Positions 13,783-27,071 of a stretch of 64,000 bases of DNA are shown piece after piece. Origin of the DNA: Lama glama (taxonomy: Eukaryota). Where the stretch lies: positions 54,810,001 through 54,874,000 of the forward strand of contig CM052817.1 in assembly GCA_028534125.1 (NCBI GenBank). The letters run 5' to 3'. The notes under the pieces are model-generated. The model worked only from the letters and a program-made list of their open reading frames with translations, did not search any database and had not been told where the DNA came from. The translations under genes were made by a program, and so were the position numbers. The stretch's first letter is position 1. The number at the start of each line of letters is the position of its first letter.

Positions 13783-14170
13783 TGTGGTAGTTAGAATCCT
13801 AAATTAGCCCACAGGATTCCCACCAACCTGGTATACATGCTCTGTATACCATCTCCTCCTTTTGAAATGTACTTGTGATATATTGCTCCTGTGACTGTTA
13901 CATTAAATAGCAGAGAGATTTCGAAGATGTAATTAAGTTCCTAATCAGTGACTTTGAGCTAATCAAAGTGAGAACATCCTGGTCCAACCTAATTTAATCA
14001 TGTGAGCCATTAAAAAGGGGTCAGAAAGATTTGAAGCTGGAGAAATTTCTCTTGCTGACTTTGAAGAAGCAAAATCCACATTTGAACTGCTTATTGAAGA
14101 GCCTACATGGCACAAAATTGAAAGTGGTCTCTAAACTGAGCATGATGGAGAAGATTGAGCTATAGTCTTC
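13783..14170 (+). mobile_element. MaLR LTR (MLT1E/D-like), partial
   Basis: tgtggtagttagaatcct...cccacaggattcccacc...ctggtatacatg; gatgtaattaagttcctaatcagtgactttgagctaatcaa. Confidence 0.7.
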
Positions 14171-14657
14171 TCGTCAAGGAAGTTTCTAAAATCGGCAAAA
14201 GAAGGAAAAACTCAACACTCAGTCACTTGAAGTCTTTGCTTGTGTATCATTGCTGCTGCTTCATTGGTCAAAGAAAGTGACATGGCCAAGCCTAGTGTCA
14301 GTGGGTGGAAGTGGTCAGGGGCATTGGTACAGAGAGGTCTGAACACATTGGAGACAGTTATTGCAACAGTCTACCATAGTTACTTAAAAGAGAAGCCCCT
14401 ACATTCCAGTAGGTTCTGTTATGGTTATTGTTTTCAAAAAGAAATGAAAGCACCAAACCTTTTAAAGGTTATGGAGAGAAAGTGATGTAATTTAGTAACA
14501 GTCTCCAAAGTCTTGAGTAACAAATCTCAAAGATGTTCTATAGAACGTTGATTCTGAGATACATGCTTTGAAAGGATAGAATTTGCCATAAAAAAAATGT
14601 TTAGAAAACACTCATTTCTCTGACCCAATTCAGTCCTGAGATTTACATATTAGCACG

Positions 14658-15257
14658 CTTAATAGGTAATTTTTCAGGTCAGCATAACTGGGCTGTGGGA
14701 TGCCCAGACATTTGAGCAAATATTGTTTTAGGTATATTCTGTGAGGGTGTTTCTGGATGAGATTAACATTTGAAACTGTAGACTAAATCAGCTTTTTCTC
14801 CCTGTGTGAATGGGCTTCATTCAATCAATTGAAGAACTGGATAGAACGAAAATCCTCAGTAAGAGGAACTCCTGCTGCTTGACTTGAGAGCTAGGACACT
14901 GGTCTTTTTCCTGCTTTCAGGCTCACCTGAAAAACTGTCTCTTTGAGGGTTTTAAGTTGGCTGGGTTTTGGGCTTGAACTTGTTTACACCACTGGCTTGC
15001 CTGGTGTTCAGGCCTTTGGAATCAACTAGAACCATGCCTCAGCTCTCTTGGGTCTCCAGCTTATCAACTGCAACTGCATGTCTTGGGTCCTCTCAGCCTC
15101 CATAATCTAAACTGGTTCCTTACAATAAATCTGCCCATCCATTTGGGATATCTACATGTATGAATGACAGCTGTGAATATCTATTTATCTGCCTGTATAT
15201 GAGAGAGAGAGGTGATATATATTGATTCTGCTTCTTGGTAGAACTCTGACTAACACA
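14658..15257 (+). mobile_element. ERVL solo LTR (MLT2B/D-like), inserted in a hAT (MER103-like) relic
   Basis: gggatgcccagacattt...tgtgagggtgtttctggatgagattaacatttgaa; ends gaactctgactaacaca. Confidence 0.88.
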
Positions 15258-16089
15258 GCATATTACTCATCAGCATGTTAACACATTAATGCCTCTAAGA
15301 TTGTCTGAAGTAAAAAATAAGAACTGCCTATCTTTTTAACATAAAAGAAACTTTGAAATGAGTAGGAAAGCCCTGATTTAAGTCTAAATTCTACTACTAT
15401 GTGACTTTCAACATTTACTTAAAAGCTCTAAATTCCTGATTCTTCACCTATAAAATGGAAAGCTTGAGAAAATAATTCTTACACTATTCACATGCTAGCT
15501 TTTTGTAGAAACTACTGAATAAACTATAGTTATCAAAATTATTATTACTACATTTATATGACTACTTGAACCTAATACATTTTTTTAACCAGGTAACTGC
15601 TTGTTGTACAATATCTGTTAATATCCTGAGGAATTATGTTCCAGTGAACATATTTTATAAAATATATTAGAAAAGTGGAAAGATCAGGAAATGGTAATTT
15701 AGCACTTTTGTTGGTATGGTGAAATTTTGATCTGCCATTATTTTCACACATAATTTGGCCTTTGTATGTGAGAGAGACACCTTTGAGGACAAAATGAAAT
15801 AACAAAATGTGCTTATTCTAGACACAGAAGTTTCTCAATAAAGCAGACAAAACCAAGATTTCAGTAAGAGAATTCTTCTGATCTGCATCTCTTCTGAGAA
15901 AGGATGATTGCTGGATGTCTTGGGGGAAGATTTCCATGTATCGTAGGAAGATAATAATATGAAGATGATAGTGATGATGATGTCATACAATTCTCAGTCA
16001 CCATTCAGTTTCAGAGTAATTTCGTATCTCTTACTTGATTTTAAAAATGACTCATGGACAAAGAAACAGTATATTTGATCCGGCCACAT

Positions 16090-16320
16090 AGTTGCAGACT
16101 GCTGGAAGGTTTTGGACAGATAAATTACAAAGGAAGCAGAAAGAGATTTGCTCATTTTGCTAAGAGGTCATGGACACCTTGACCTTGCAGAGTAAAACTC
16201 AGGCTGGCAAGTGGCAATTAACACTGACAAAATGGATTATACTAGAATACAAAAACTAAACCTATAGTTTCTTCCTGAATAGTAGTGATGACAGAAGGAC
16301 TAACTGGAGATTACATTTTA
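16090..16320 (+). mobile_element. Possible CR1 RT C-terminal relic
   Basis: Translates in part as AGKWQLTLTKWIILEYKN*TYSF, weakly like CR1 W..KWQM.FN.DKCKVMH.G.KN.NY.Y. Confidence 0.3.
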
Positions 16321-17879
16321 AAAATATTTCCCTTTGCCAACAATTCTCAAAAAATGAAATCTTGGATATTATGGTGTCTTAGTGGAAGTTTTTTTTTAAG
16401 GGAACACATCTATTCCTTTGAATATACTTCTCTCATATAGCATATTTTATCAGCAACCAAGTATTTCACTTATTTATAAAAATATGATTCGAATACTCAT
16501 TCTTATGCCACTTTCTCCAGTTATAGGCTTCTGTCATTTTGCTCGTACTTTTGCTCTCTGTGACCTATTAGCACATTAATGAGGCAGCAAGAAAACTCTA
16601 GCCATGATATTAAGGATCATAAAAAGTTACTATTATGTTCCTAACTGTGAAAATATAAACTATATTACTTCTTCAATGATATGACTTTAAAAGTAAAAAA
16701 AAAAAAAGCACAGAGATATGTACATTTTTGAATACTATTTATCTGTGAGTAGTAGAAGTCTACCTGGTGCACTTGATGTTTACTTTTTTAATTCCCTTAC
16801 TTTGTCCTGTCCCATAAGCACAGACTAGACCTAATCTAAACTGATTGTTTTCTACTTTTTTTTTCCCCCTCAAAGTTCTCAGGCAAAAAGTTAAAAAAAA
16901 GAATCCCTATGAAGTCAAAATCTCTACTAAGACAGTAAGCTAATGTGAATACCATAATGAGAGGGAGGACATGAGATTTTATATATTAGAAATGAAAGAA
17001 CACTCTATAGACTTCTCCAGTATGAAGCTTGATATCTAGTCACCTCTTTTCCAGACATATTTCCTTCTATTCCTTTTCTCTCCATAGTTTCCAAGACCCT
17101 ACTTCCTTTGGAAAACTTTTTCTAAATAGTCTACAGGGAGATGATCTTTTTCTTTTCATCTTCCATATCAATATTTTCTATCCCGTGTTACTTTTTTAGA
17201 GCTTGGGCCATTAATCTCAAGAGTTGAGGTTTGAGTATTAGTTCAACATTTATTCACTCTATACACATCTGGGCAGGTTTTTGGTATCTTCAAACCTGCC
17301 TCATTTGGTCATTCATAGGGTAGGAAATGTTTATATGCCTTTTCAGTTCATTATAAAACAATCGGTATAACACCTAGTACATAGTTTGCTTTTTAAAAGA
17401 TGATCTTTTTTTTTTTTAATCATTATTCTCAACATTCTCAACATCATTTCTTTAACTACATTTTAGGTCCAAGACAATAAGGATAAGCTCTCCCAGTATT
17501 TTGGTAACCTCCACATTGCCCAGTGCTATGTCTTGATCATCGCAGGTGCACAGAAATTTGTTGTTAATTAATAGGTGTCTGACACCGGTGAAGAAAAATG
17601 AGAAAAAAGAAAATATAGAGGGTAAGATGACTTTATGTGGACAGTAGTAATGTTAAAATTAATATCCTGGAGGAGTCAATATTTAGCTTCTATATTCAAT
17701 CAACAAAGTAAATGTTAAAGTTTTAGACAAAGATTCTTTCAGCTCAAATAAGCTGTCATTCTGCTGCTATGAGTAAAATACTCTTTAAAGTAGTAGAGGG
17801 CCAATGAAGAAGTGACTTGTAATGTTTTGAATGTGTAAAATGAGAGAAATATATAAAGTTACATTTAGATAATCATCTG

Positions 17880-18200
17880 CAATTTTCTAGGCACTATGGT
17901 TGATGCTGGGAATAAAATGGTTACAGGTCATTGCCCTAAAGTAGCTCAAGACCAAAAGGGCAGATGACAAAGTGATGTGTTAGGAGAGGCTGAGATGCCC
18001 TATGTAAATGTTGACATAGGATACTAGGGGGACAGAAAAGAAGGGCATGCAAGCCTGGGGGATGAGACTAGGAAACATTTAGGAAAAAATTATATTTGAG
18101 CTAAATCTTGAAGATTCAAGGGAACAGGATGAGAAGCTGCTGTGATTGTCTGGAAGTATGACAAAGGTCTTAAGAGAGAAGCTAAAGGGTAAAATCAGGC
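17880..18200 (-). mobile_element. L2 relic
   Basis: taggcactatggttgatgctgggaataaaatgg...tcattgccctaaagtagctca; atttgagctaaatcttgaagat. Confidence 0.55.
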
Positions 18201-18548
18201 AGGAACTAGAAAACGAATACAGCAAAACTGTGATAGTTCACCCTGAGTTCATCCAAGTTTGGAAATAATGACATTAGTGATTAGCTCGTATCCTCCAACC
18301 TAGATTTTCGAATGGTGGTGGTCTAGTCTTTTCCTTCTGGAGGGAACACAAGGCGAAGTAGGGAAACAGCAACAACTGTATCTTGAGAAGATGGGTCCTT
18401 ATATCCTCATTATTCCCCTGCTCCAGTGCCTCCAGGTTGGGTCAACAAGATGTGTCCATCACTAGGTGGATTCCTGGAATCACTGCTTCTGTCTCAGAAG
18501 TTCTATCCTATCCCAAGACCCAGAGTTATCCCCATTTATTGTTTACAC

Positions 18549-18579
18549 TGCAGTGGACAACTGCCACCAGGTGGCACCA
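18549..18579 (+). promoter_or_regulatory. Predicted CTCF binding site (core plus upstream motif)
   Basis: CCACCAGGTGGCAC (18564-18577) fits CCASYAGRKGGCRS exactly; TGCAGT (18549-18554) lies just upstream. Confidence 0.65.
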
Positions 18580-19649
18580 AATTGCAGACAGGACTTGGAA
18601 GGATCTGGATCTCCCAGGCTCAGATTCTCTGACCAACTAGCTGCACAGGCTTATTATAGTCATTTCATTGACCTTATAGCAACATGACCCAGCATTTTGT
18701 GTGATTGAATTTGTAGACCCTACAACTCACATTGTGGTAAGGCTCTTACTGCATTTTCAAATAAGAGAAAAAAATTAATGCCTTGAGAAGAAAGATAAAT
18801 GGAAGATAATTTGAATCTGCCGACTCCCCATTGGATGAAGTGGTTCACTGGTGGGAAGGGAAGAAGACTGGGTTCACAGGAGAAGGAAAGATGGAATCCT
18901 GGCCTTTAGCATTTTAGGTTTCTGGAGTGGGCATTCACAAAAGAGAAGCAGAAAAGGACTAAGAAAGGCCAACTGAGTGAGAGGAAAGCCATCCTACTGG
19001 CTTATTCTATAAGTGATACATGGAGATTGGAGAAGTGGTGGCATCATCATTTAGAAAAATGGGGGCTTTTAATCTTATTTTTGTTTTGTTTGTATTGTTG
19101 CCCAGTTTCAGGAATCTGTGATTACTTATGAAATGTATAAGATAACCTCTATTGGAGAGTGGCACGTGAATGCCACTGCCCCTGATAATAGAAATTTGCA
19201 GTATTGGCTCTTAATCAAGAATAGTTCAACTTGCCTAATCTTTATTTCCACTTGAGTCTCCATGTCTCTGTCTTGTCAGTGTAATAGTGAGTGTGAGCTC
19301 TGCCTAGTGACATAGCTTTTTCATAGTCTCATGACAAAGCATTTTTTTTGTCCTGCTCATTGGCTAATGTTATTGCCTCTTGCTATGAAATTGCTTACAC
19401 TGTGAAACTTGCCTCCCAGGGAAACTTGGCCCCTAGACCCCATAATTGATTCTGCTGTGGAATTACCCCCAAAAGATTTCGCGATTGAAGGAACTCTTAC
19501 TCCGTCCAAAAGTGTCCCACTAGCGGTCCAGCAGTGAGCAGCAGCTTTACCATGCCTGTCTCAGCACAGCCTTTTCTCAGCTTTGTGAGTAGCATTCCAA
19601 TCCATATCTTTATGTAGCATCAGAATTTGCTTCTGAACTCTGACGGTAA

Positions 19650-19782
19650 TTGGAAAGCACTGAGGGAGTTCTTTTAAAAAATCCCACCCCCCAGAGCTCT
19701 TAATTCAATAGATCTGAGCTATGACGGGAGCCTTAATTATTTTTTAAAGTGCTTGAGTATGTGCAGTGTAGAGAACCACTTT
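19650..19782. mobile_element. MER5-like hAT MITE relic
   Basis: cccacccccagagctcttaattcaatagatctg...ttttaaagtgct...agagaaccact. Confidence 0.5.
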
Positions 19783-20879
19783 TCTGCTACTCTTGGAAGG
19801 ATCAAATGATCCTTCTTAACATTTTAGCCTGCGTCTTAGGCTGACCCTTTTTCCTTTCTTTAAGCGCAGGGATATTGTTTGCTGGAATCGAGTGCCTACT
19901 TTTGTTTTACAATTTCTGCTCTTTGGGTACTATATGTGGTTGTTTGTCTTGCTGTATTTTAACATGTTTTTCTAGATTTTTTTCCCTTGGGAGGCATGCT
20001 CTGCTAGTGAGAAATATAGGCCTGCAAACTGTATCCGGTGTTCAAAATGTCTTCCCTCTGCCTCACCGTCAGTTGGATAATCCCACCTAGAAGCTGTTTT
20101 CCCATCACACTAGTGTCTTTGTCAAGCTTGATCTCTGTTTGCTATAGTTCTTCCTGATATACTGTTGGTGTGGTTAATTGCAGAGGTACTGCATTTGGTT
20201 TTTAGGTGGGGAACTGTAAATGGGGGTGTTCTACCTGCATCTCCATCATAGAGCTCTGTGCCCTTACGTGGCACTGTGTCTATTCAAAGCACAGAAACAT
20301 TTAATTTGCACAGTTTTACCTTATGAGATAGTAGTGGCCCTGCTTAAAGTTTTCTCTTTCTTTGAAATCCTAATTTAATACTTTTTTCAGTCATCTGTGT
20401 CCAGATCACAGGTAACTCTGTACTCCACCCACTAATAAAGGAATCCTTCTGAAATCAACTCAAGTCATCCTTCTAGCATTTTACAGTTATCTTTCTGGTC
20501 TTCTCTAAAATCTGCTCAAGTTTTCTGTAACCATTTGATATGCTCTAGTAATCCACAGGTTTTTAGTTGCTCCTATTTTAGGCCCTCTATTTACATGTAT
20601 AAGGGGGCAATTCTCAGTATTTCCTTAGACCCTAAATTTTGCCCAGGAAGTCATTTTAGTTTGCTTTCTGTGATCTTGACATTTTGGGGCCATACTATCT
20701 GATTATTAACAACTAGAGCAACATAATCTTTCCTGAGACTCTTCTATAAGAGCAGTTATATTCAGATCTACCTCATTTTCCCTTTGGTATCTCTCTATCC
20801 TGCCCTTGCAGATTGTTTTCCAATTTGTCTGTTTAATTTCTAAGTTTCAACTTTTCTCTTGAGAAATTCCTCTTTCCTA

Positions 20880-21313
20880 TGTCGACTGAAAGGAAAATGT
20901 ACAATGTAAAATTGTGAGTTAAGTTTTATTCTGGGGACTTGCTGAGGACTATAGACCAGTAGGCAGCCTCTTGATAGCTCTGATGAACTGTTCTGAAGAG
21001 ATAAAGGAGGAGCCAGGATATACTCGAACTGTTTTACTAGGAAAAACACGTAGTCAAGCATAAAAAAAAAATTACTGATAATCACGAAAAAACAGACATC
21101 TTAAGTAATGATTTTAGTGCTTTTCTATGTATGGAAAAATTTTCCCTTAGGTATGTGTCTTGACTCTCTAGGGGCTGATATATTAAAAGCACAGAATGCT
21201 TCCTGTTTTTCTCTACCCTGAATTCCCTTCAGGGTGGGTAATTTTTGTGGCTTCTATGGCCTGATCCTTGTAGAACTGGAATGCCAAGTACTTTGTTATT
21301 GTTGTTGTTTACA
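20880..21313 (-). mobile_element. ERV1-type solo LTR
   Basis: TG...CA termini; 4-bp near-TSD ccta/ccca; minus-strand AATAAA (ttttatt ~20924-20930). Confidence 0.8.
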
Positions 21314-22117
21314 CCCAGAATAATTGGCATTTCTTTTAATTATTTTGCTATTTTTTATCTGATGAGAAAATTGAACCATGTTTTTCCAATCACCCCACGT
21401 TCTACTTAATTCTCTGAGCAAGTGTTATTCTTAGAGGCATAAGTTCCAAGCACAGATTTTGTAAGAATCTCTTCAGCCTTTGGGTTTCCAGTCATTTCAT
21501 TGGGTTGTTTATCTGCTTAAATACAAATAGGATATTTTCATAGGCCTCTTTCTTTATCACTGTATTTGTTTATTAGGAAGAATCTGCCACTCGTTGTGAA
21601 TGAAGCTACATTTTACTACTAGAAAACTGAAGTCATGGTCAGAGTTATATTTAATTAAACTTAATGATCAACCTGAGACCAAGAAGAGAGGTTAGGACTT
21701 CTGACACCAGGCAGAGCCCACATATGGAGAAGCCAGATACCATAGGTCTGTCTCATTCTTCTAAGCCCCATAATCAGATTAAGTCGAGTCTTTGCTGGGG
21801 AAAATGAGTGAAGAGGTGGTGAGAGAATAGGAGAGTTTTTCCAGTGGAAAATTCTGTTATGTGGAAAGAAACTTTAGGAGAGAAATAGATATGTTCTTCT
21901 CTGGTCCTTAAGGCTGGGTCTAATGAGGTTTCCTCTGAATGAATGGAATGTGGAGTACAGAGGTAGGGGCAGTGCACTACAATATTAAATGTCTCAAAGT
22001 CATTCTGAAAATAATCTGGAAAGATTTGCTTTGCCAGAAATTCATGACAAGAGAGATCAAAGCATATAATTGTTTATTAATTGGGTTTTTCTTCTGTCCT
22101 ACAATTGAGAGTTCTCT

Positions 22118-22485
22118 TTTATTTTTTTTTGGAGTAGAGTTGATTTATAATGTTCTGTTAGTTTCTGGGTTATAGCAAAGTGATTCAGTTATACATACAT
22201 ATATTTTTTCAGACTGTTTTCCATTATAGGTTATTATGAGATACTGAATATAGTTCCAGGTTCTAGACAGTAAAGTCTTATTGTTTATCTATTTTATATA
22301 TAGTGGTATTTATCTATTAATCTCAGACTCCTAATTTATATCCCCACTTTCCCCTTGGTAACCATAAGTTTGCTTTCTATGTCAGTCTGTTTCTATTTTG
22401 TAAATAAGTTCATTTGTATTTTTTTAGATTCTACATATAAGTGATATCATATATTTGTCTTTATCTGCCTGGGTTCACTGATTAT
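22118..22485 (-). mobile_element. 5'-truncated L1 3' UTR
   Basis: Poly-T then gtagagttgatttataatgtt...cttggtaaccataagtttg; TSD gagttctct at 22109-22117 and 22486-22494. Confidence 0.9.
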
Positions 22486-24682
22486 GAGTTCTCTCAATTG
22501 TAGTGATAAGGAAGAATGCTAATAGAATTTAGGAATATGTAGAATATAATGACATTTATAAAAATATTAAAACATACATTATTTTATAATTCATTTTCTT
22601 TCAAATTACAAAATAATGGATTTACTATAGAAAATATTTAGCAATGCTAAAAAGTCTAATTTCCTCAATTAGAAATAACAGTTCATGGTTGCCATATACA
22701 AGATTTATTTACAAAAACTATTTTCATACTGTAGCAATACCTGATAATAAATTATACTAAAAATATAAACATTCATTAAATATTAGAATTTACTAACAAT
22801 ATCTAACTTATATGGAAAAACATTAAAACATTATAGGAACTCAAGCATAGATTATCCACTGAAATATTAATTTCAATCCCGAATGTACTTTTAAGTTTAT
22901 GATTGAAGTAAACGAAGTACCTCTGGGAAAATCTCTCCCTGTTGACAGGAATGTGACTACCTGGAAAGGAATTAAGTAAGTTTGTGTTGGTGGGAAATAA
23001 CAAGAGGAAGTTGAAAGAGGTTTTTTAAAAGATGATTTGTGAATCATCTACTTAGTGGTAACCACTGAGAAGATAGAATCGGTGACTCAGAGTCCTGAGA
23101 AAGAAGAAATACTAGCAAGTGGGTAACAGCTTTGGAGAGAATAAATGCTCTTTTAGTTAAATTTCAGAATGAGGAAAAGGAAAAGAAGTATTTAAAAAAA
23201 AAAAAACAAGTTATAAGGAGGAGGAGGAGATTCAGAAATATGTTAATAGCATAAAACCAAAAAAGGTATTGTTAAGGATGCCAAATATCAAGAGGACATC
23301 AAAGAGAAGGGGAACTAAGAAATGCCCCCTGTATTTTAAGATCAAGTTTGGAAATGCATAGAACCTGATGTTAAACCTTGCAGAACAGAAAATACATTAC
23401 GCTGGGAACTGAGACCTAGATTCCACATTTGAAACTCAGACTTTTGGGACTTGGGAAAAAAATTCCCATAGCCTGCCATGTACACATATCTTAGCTTTTC
23501 CATTTGTAAAATGAAGAGTTTAATTTATTGATTTCCAAGACCCATTTTAGTTGTAAAATGTTAGAATTCTGAGTGTGATAAAATGAAGAGAATAAATGTA
23601 GTAATGTAAATGAACTAATTTTGACTCATTGTGCACATTCGATAGAGAAGCAAACAGAATGATTTTAATAAGGTCAATTATTCATTTTCATATATAAATT
23701 TTGAGCTATACATATTCTATAAAATCATTTTTGTACCTTTATATCTTCTACCTAAAATAATATCTTAGAACTTATATAAAACATAAAAAGGAGAGAAAAA
23801 CAAGACTTTGAGTCATGCCAGCCACATACTTTGCCCATTGGGAAGTAGCAAAGGCACAGACTAGGGACACAGTCGTGGGGTGGAGCCACAGGACATAACA
23901 ACAAAGGTCCCTGAGACTTTCTGATGGCCAGACATGTGGGGAAGGCACATTCTTCCTTTGTAGATTTGTATCCAACCCTAGGGATGGTCCAGGGAAATAG
24001 GTAGATGCTTGAGATATTTGAGGGACTGAGTGATTTTTCTAATAACACTGATCATTATCTAAATGGAGTCTTTAAATCATGGATTTATATCTTAATTAAG
24101 TTATTAAATAGGATCTTTAAATAATTGAATTGGATTAAGTTTTAAACCAAAAGTATCCAAAGTAAAAGTTTTTTCTCTAATTCATGAGTGGAAACTTGAG
24201 GAGTAACAGCCATTGGTTATAGACAAACTAAATTAAGCATGATTTCTCACAGTGTATGTGAAATATTGTGAGTTAAACGTTGACACCCACATATGCTGTT
24301 CTATAAATCAAATTTCAGGCTGTATTCTGTTCCTGCTGTGTTCAAGTACATTGCTGCCTTCTAGAATACTGCTTATATAAACAAAAATAGATTCTCATAT
24401 TTGTCCAAACAGTGAAGTTCAAGGCCAGGGACCTTAGTGAGATCAGTCAAAGATGCACTGATGAGATTCATAAACAAGCAGCTTGAACAACAGGGCAGTG
24501 TACTCTAAGAGCTTATACAGATGCTTTATTTTATGCTGAGGACACTTCTTCTTAAATTATTTCTCTAATTTATTCTTGATGAGATACCTTCCATTTCCTG
24601 AGAACAGCCCTATTAATAGAGGATAGGAATCTAAGGAGGTAAGATGAAGTAGACAAGATACAAGTAGGCCATGTATGGCCCT

Positions 24683-25790
24683 TTTATTTATTTATTAGAT
24701 AACTATTGATCACCTAACATATATCAGACACCGCTTTGTATGGTGGGGATAAAAGGATGAATAAGAAAGACGTGAAGTTTACATTGCAGTGAGGGACAAT
24801 AGAGACAATAATAAATAAGATGATTTCAGATTATGATAAATGATATGAAGAATATAAAACAAATTCATATAGCCAAGAGGGTCATGGAAACTTCTTTAGA
24901 ACAGAGGATGAGGGAAGGACTCTGAAAGGAAACCATTTTAACTTAAATTGGAATCATATAGTAGAGAGATGGGGGTCAGATCATTCAGAAAAAGGGAATA
25001 AACCCACATGGATCAAACTCGGTTGGTTAAAGGAAGAGAACGTAGGTTAGTTTTGGGTATGGAGAGTCGTACAAGACGCAGTTGCAGAAGAGTCAGGACT
25101 GAATCTCACAAAGCCATGACAAGTAGTTTGGATTCTTTTCTAAGTGAGATTATGTAATGAGTAATACTGGTGCCCAAATTCCCTGGGATCTGTATGACCA
25201 TTTTTGTCCATATTTCAGCTTCAGTGTGCTTTTTTCTTAAGAACTAGCGCCTGTAACTCTTTTTGGATGAATGCCTTTAAGTGGCAGGGCCCTACATTGT
25301 CCACACTGCAGAAGAGTATCTGAAATTTATGCCTGTGACCCCCACAGCCACTAATTAGATAACTGATGGGTGTAACCTCTAGTTGAGAAAACACGGAGGG
25401 ATAGTTTTCTCTCTAGAGTTCTTCTTTGGGATCAGACTTAAACAACCCGCTCTGGGACTTCGCCTATGATAGAACCTTGCCTGGATTTCTCCCTTTCTCT
25501 GTTCTGTTCCCCTGGGTTTCCCCTGGGAACAGTTCCTTTCCAGTTTCCCTGGGAACATTTCCTTATAAAATCACTTGCATACAAAACCTCATCTCACAGT
25601 CTACAGCTGGGAAACTCAAACTCTGACAGTTGGAAGATTTGGAGGAATCTAAAGAGAAGGACAAAAACTGACTAATGTTTTAAAAATATCACTGTGGTTG
25701 CTGTGTGAAGAATGTTAGTAGGGGCTGGGGGAGGTGACAAAAGGAAGAACAAAGGCAGCAAGCTTCTTCAATAATCTGGACTAGATTGCA
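24683..25790 (-). mobile_element. L2 relic split by an LTR
   Basis: tattgatcacctaacatatatcagacac...; tttggattcttttctaagtg continues after the LTR as ttggaagatttgg...ttttaaaaatatcactgtggttgctgtgtgaagaat. Confidence 0.7.
25153..25628 (+). mobile_element. ERVL solo LTR (LTR16-like)
   Basis: Starts tgta; ends ccttataaaatcacttgcatacaaaacctcatctcacagtct...ctgggaaactcaaactctgaca. Confidence 0.75.
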
Positions 25791-26574
25791 AGCTCTGTGT
25801 TACCTAAAGTTCCCCAAGAGATGTGTGCTTGGAGAGGATGTTGTAAATAACACATTTAGGTATAAAAAGAAAATAATAAATTTTCATTTCTTTGCAAGCA
25901 TCTAGAAATCAGGAAATAATTTGTGCTTCACTATAATTTGTTGGTATACACATTTATATTTTGAAATAAATTTTTATATCTGAGGATACACTCAAAAGAT
26001 TTTGTACTGAGGGGATGAGCCATCAAAAATGTTTGGAGAACATTTAGACACCAACTAGCTTTATGTTTGCTATTTTCATGCAGTCTATTCTTGGTAGTCT
26101 TATGGAATGCTTTTCTCATGTATGTGTCTCTGGTGAAATGTCTTTGCCTTTAATCCTTCATTTTGTGGGAGAGGATTTAATTATTTGGGTGCTCCTGTAG
26201 GTTGGCTACTTTGAAGAATGAGACTATTCAATTTCTTCCAAAGAAATGTATAACTAGTTATAGGGGCAAGTCTGATAATGCTCTGTTATTTTCTGAGGAT
26301 AAGAAAATTAAAAGTGCTCCAGATGCTTCAAGTGTAATTTTCCATCTACCATAAATTTTCTTCAGAATGCTTTCCTCACACAAGGTCAGGGCATTAGTGC
26401 TCATTAAGGACTATATACATGCACAGCTTGAAAATTCATCAGAAAACCAATCAGTTGTTTGAACTCAAAGTCGATAAAAAAACAAAACAAAACTGGGAGC
26501 TGGCTTTCTTTCTCTCACTCAGCAATCCACTGCCACCTTTTCTATCAGATATTACTATTTCAAAATGTGGATTT

Positions 26575-27071
26575 TGTTATTCAGGTACAGTCAGGCCAAC
26601 AGATCAGGAGTTGATTTCCATTGAAGAGACAGTGGTTTCTTACAGTTCCCAAGAGGGGGGACTTGGCATGCCTTGCAGGGCCACATGGGGAAACATGGGA
26701 GTCAGGAAGGGGGCAGAAAGGGCTGGAAGAAGTGGTAAACGCCTTTATCGTGGTTTCCACAGGAAAGGCATGACAGGGTAAGCCTGTTTAGAATTGGCAA
26801 GATTGAATAATTTCAGCAGGCTCTGGGGTATAGGGGCTGTTACAGGTGTCTGTTGGCTGGCTCTGGGGTAATTAGGATGGAAAGAAAGTGGTCTGAGATC
26901 TGGGCAAAGGAGAGAGTTTAGGGTATAGGCTTTGAGTTGGCTGATCTGCCTGTGAAAGGCACACTTGCAGGTTAGTCGGTCCCAGCCCCAGAATGTCAGT
27001 CTCTCCCATGTCAGCAAGACCCCAAGATGTCAAAGCAGCAGAATGTGAAAAGCATCATCAATGCATTTACA
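26575..27071 (-). mobile_element. Solo LTR (MER21-like)
   Basis: tgttattcaggtacagtcaggccaacagatcaggag...ccattgaagagacag...cagttcccaagaggggg; gtcagcaagaccccaagatgtcaaagca; TG...CA. Confidence 0.8.

Noticed and set aside
18383..18687. Three overlapping ORFs suggesting an exon
   Set aside because: No recognisable protein motif or convincing splice architecture; locally higher GC explains the open frames
19516..19530. ccactagcggtcca CTCF-like word
   Set aside because: 3' half deviates from the GRKGGCR consensus
26419..26781. Longest ORF in the track (120 aa)
   Set aside because: Runs into a MER21-like LTR and resembles no known protein; chance ORF
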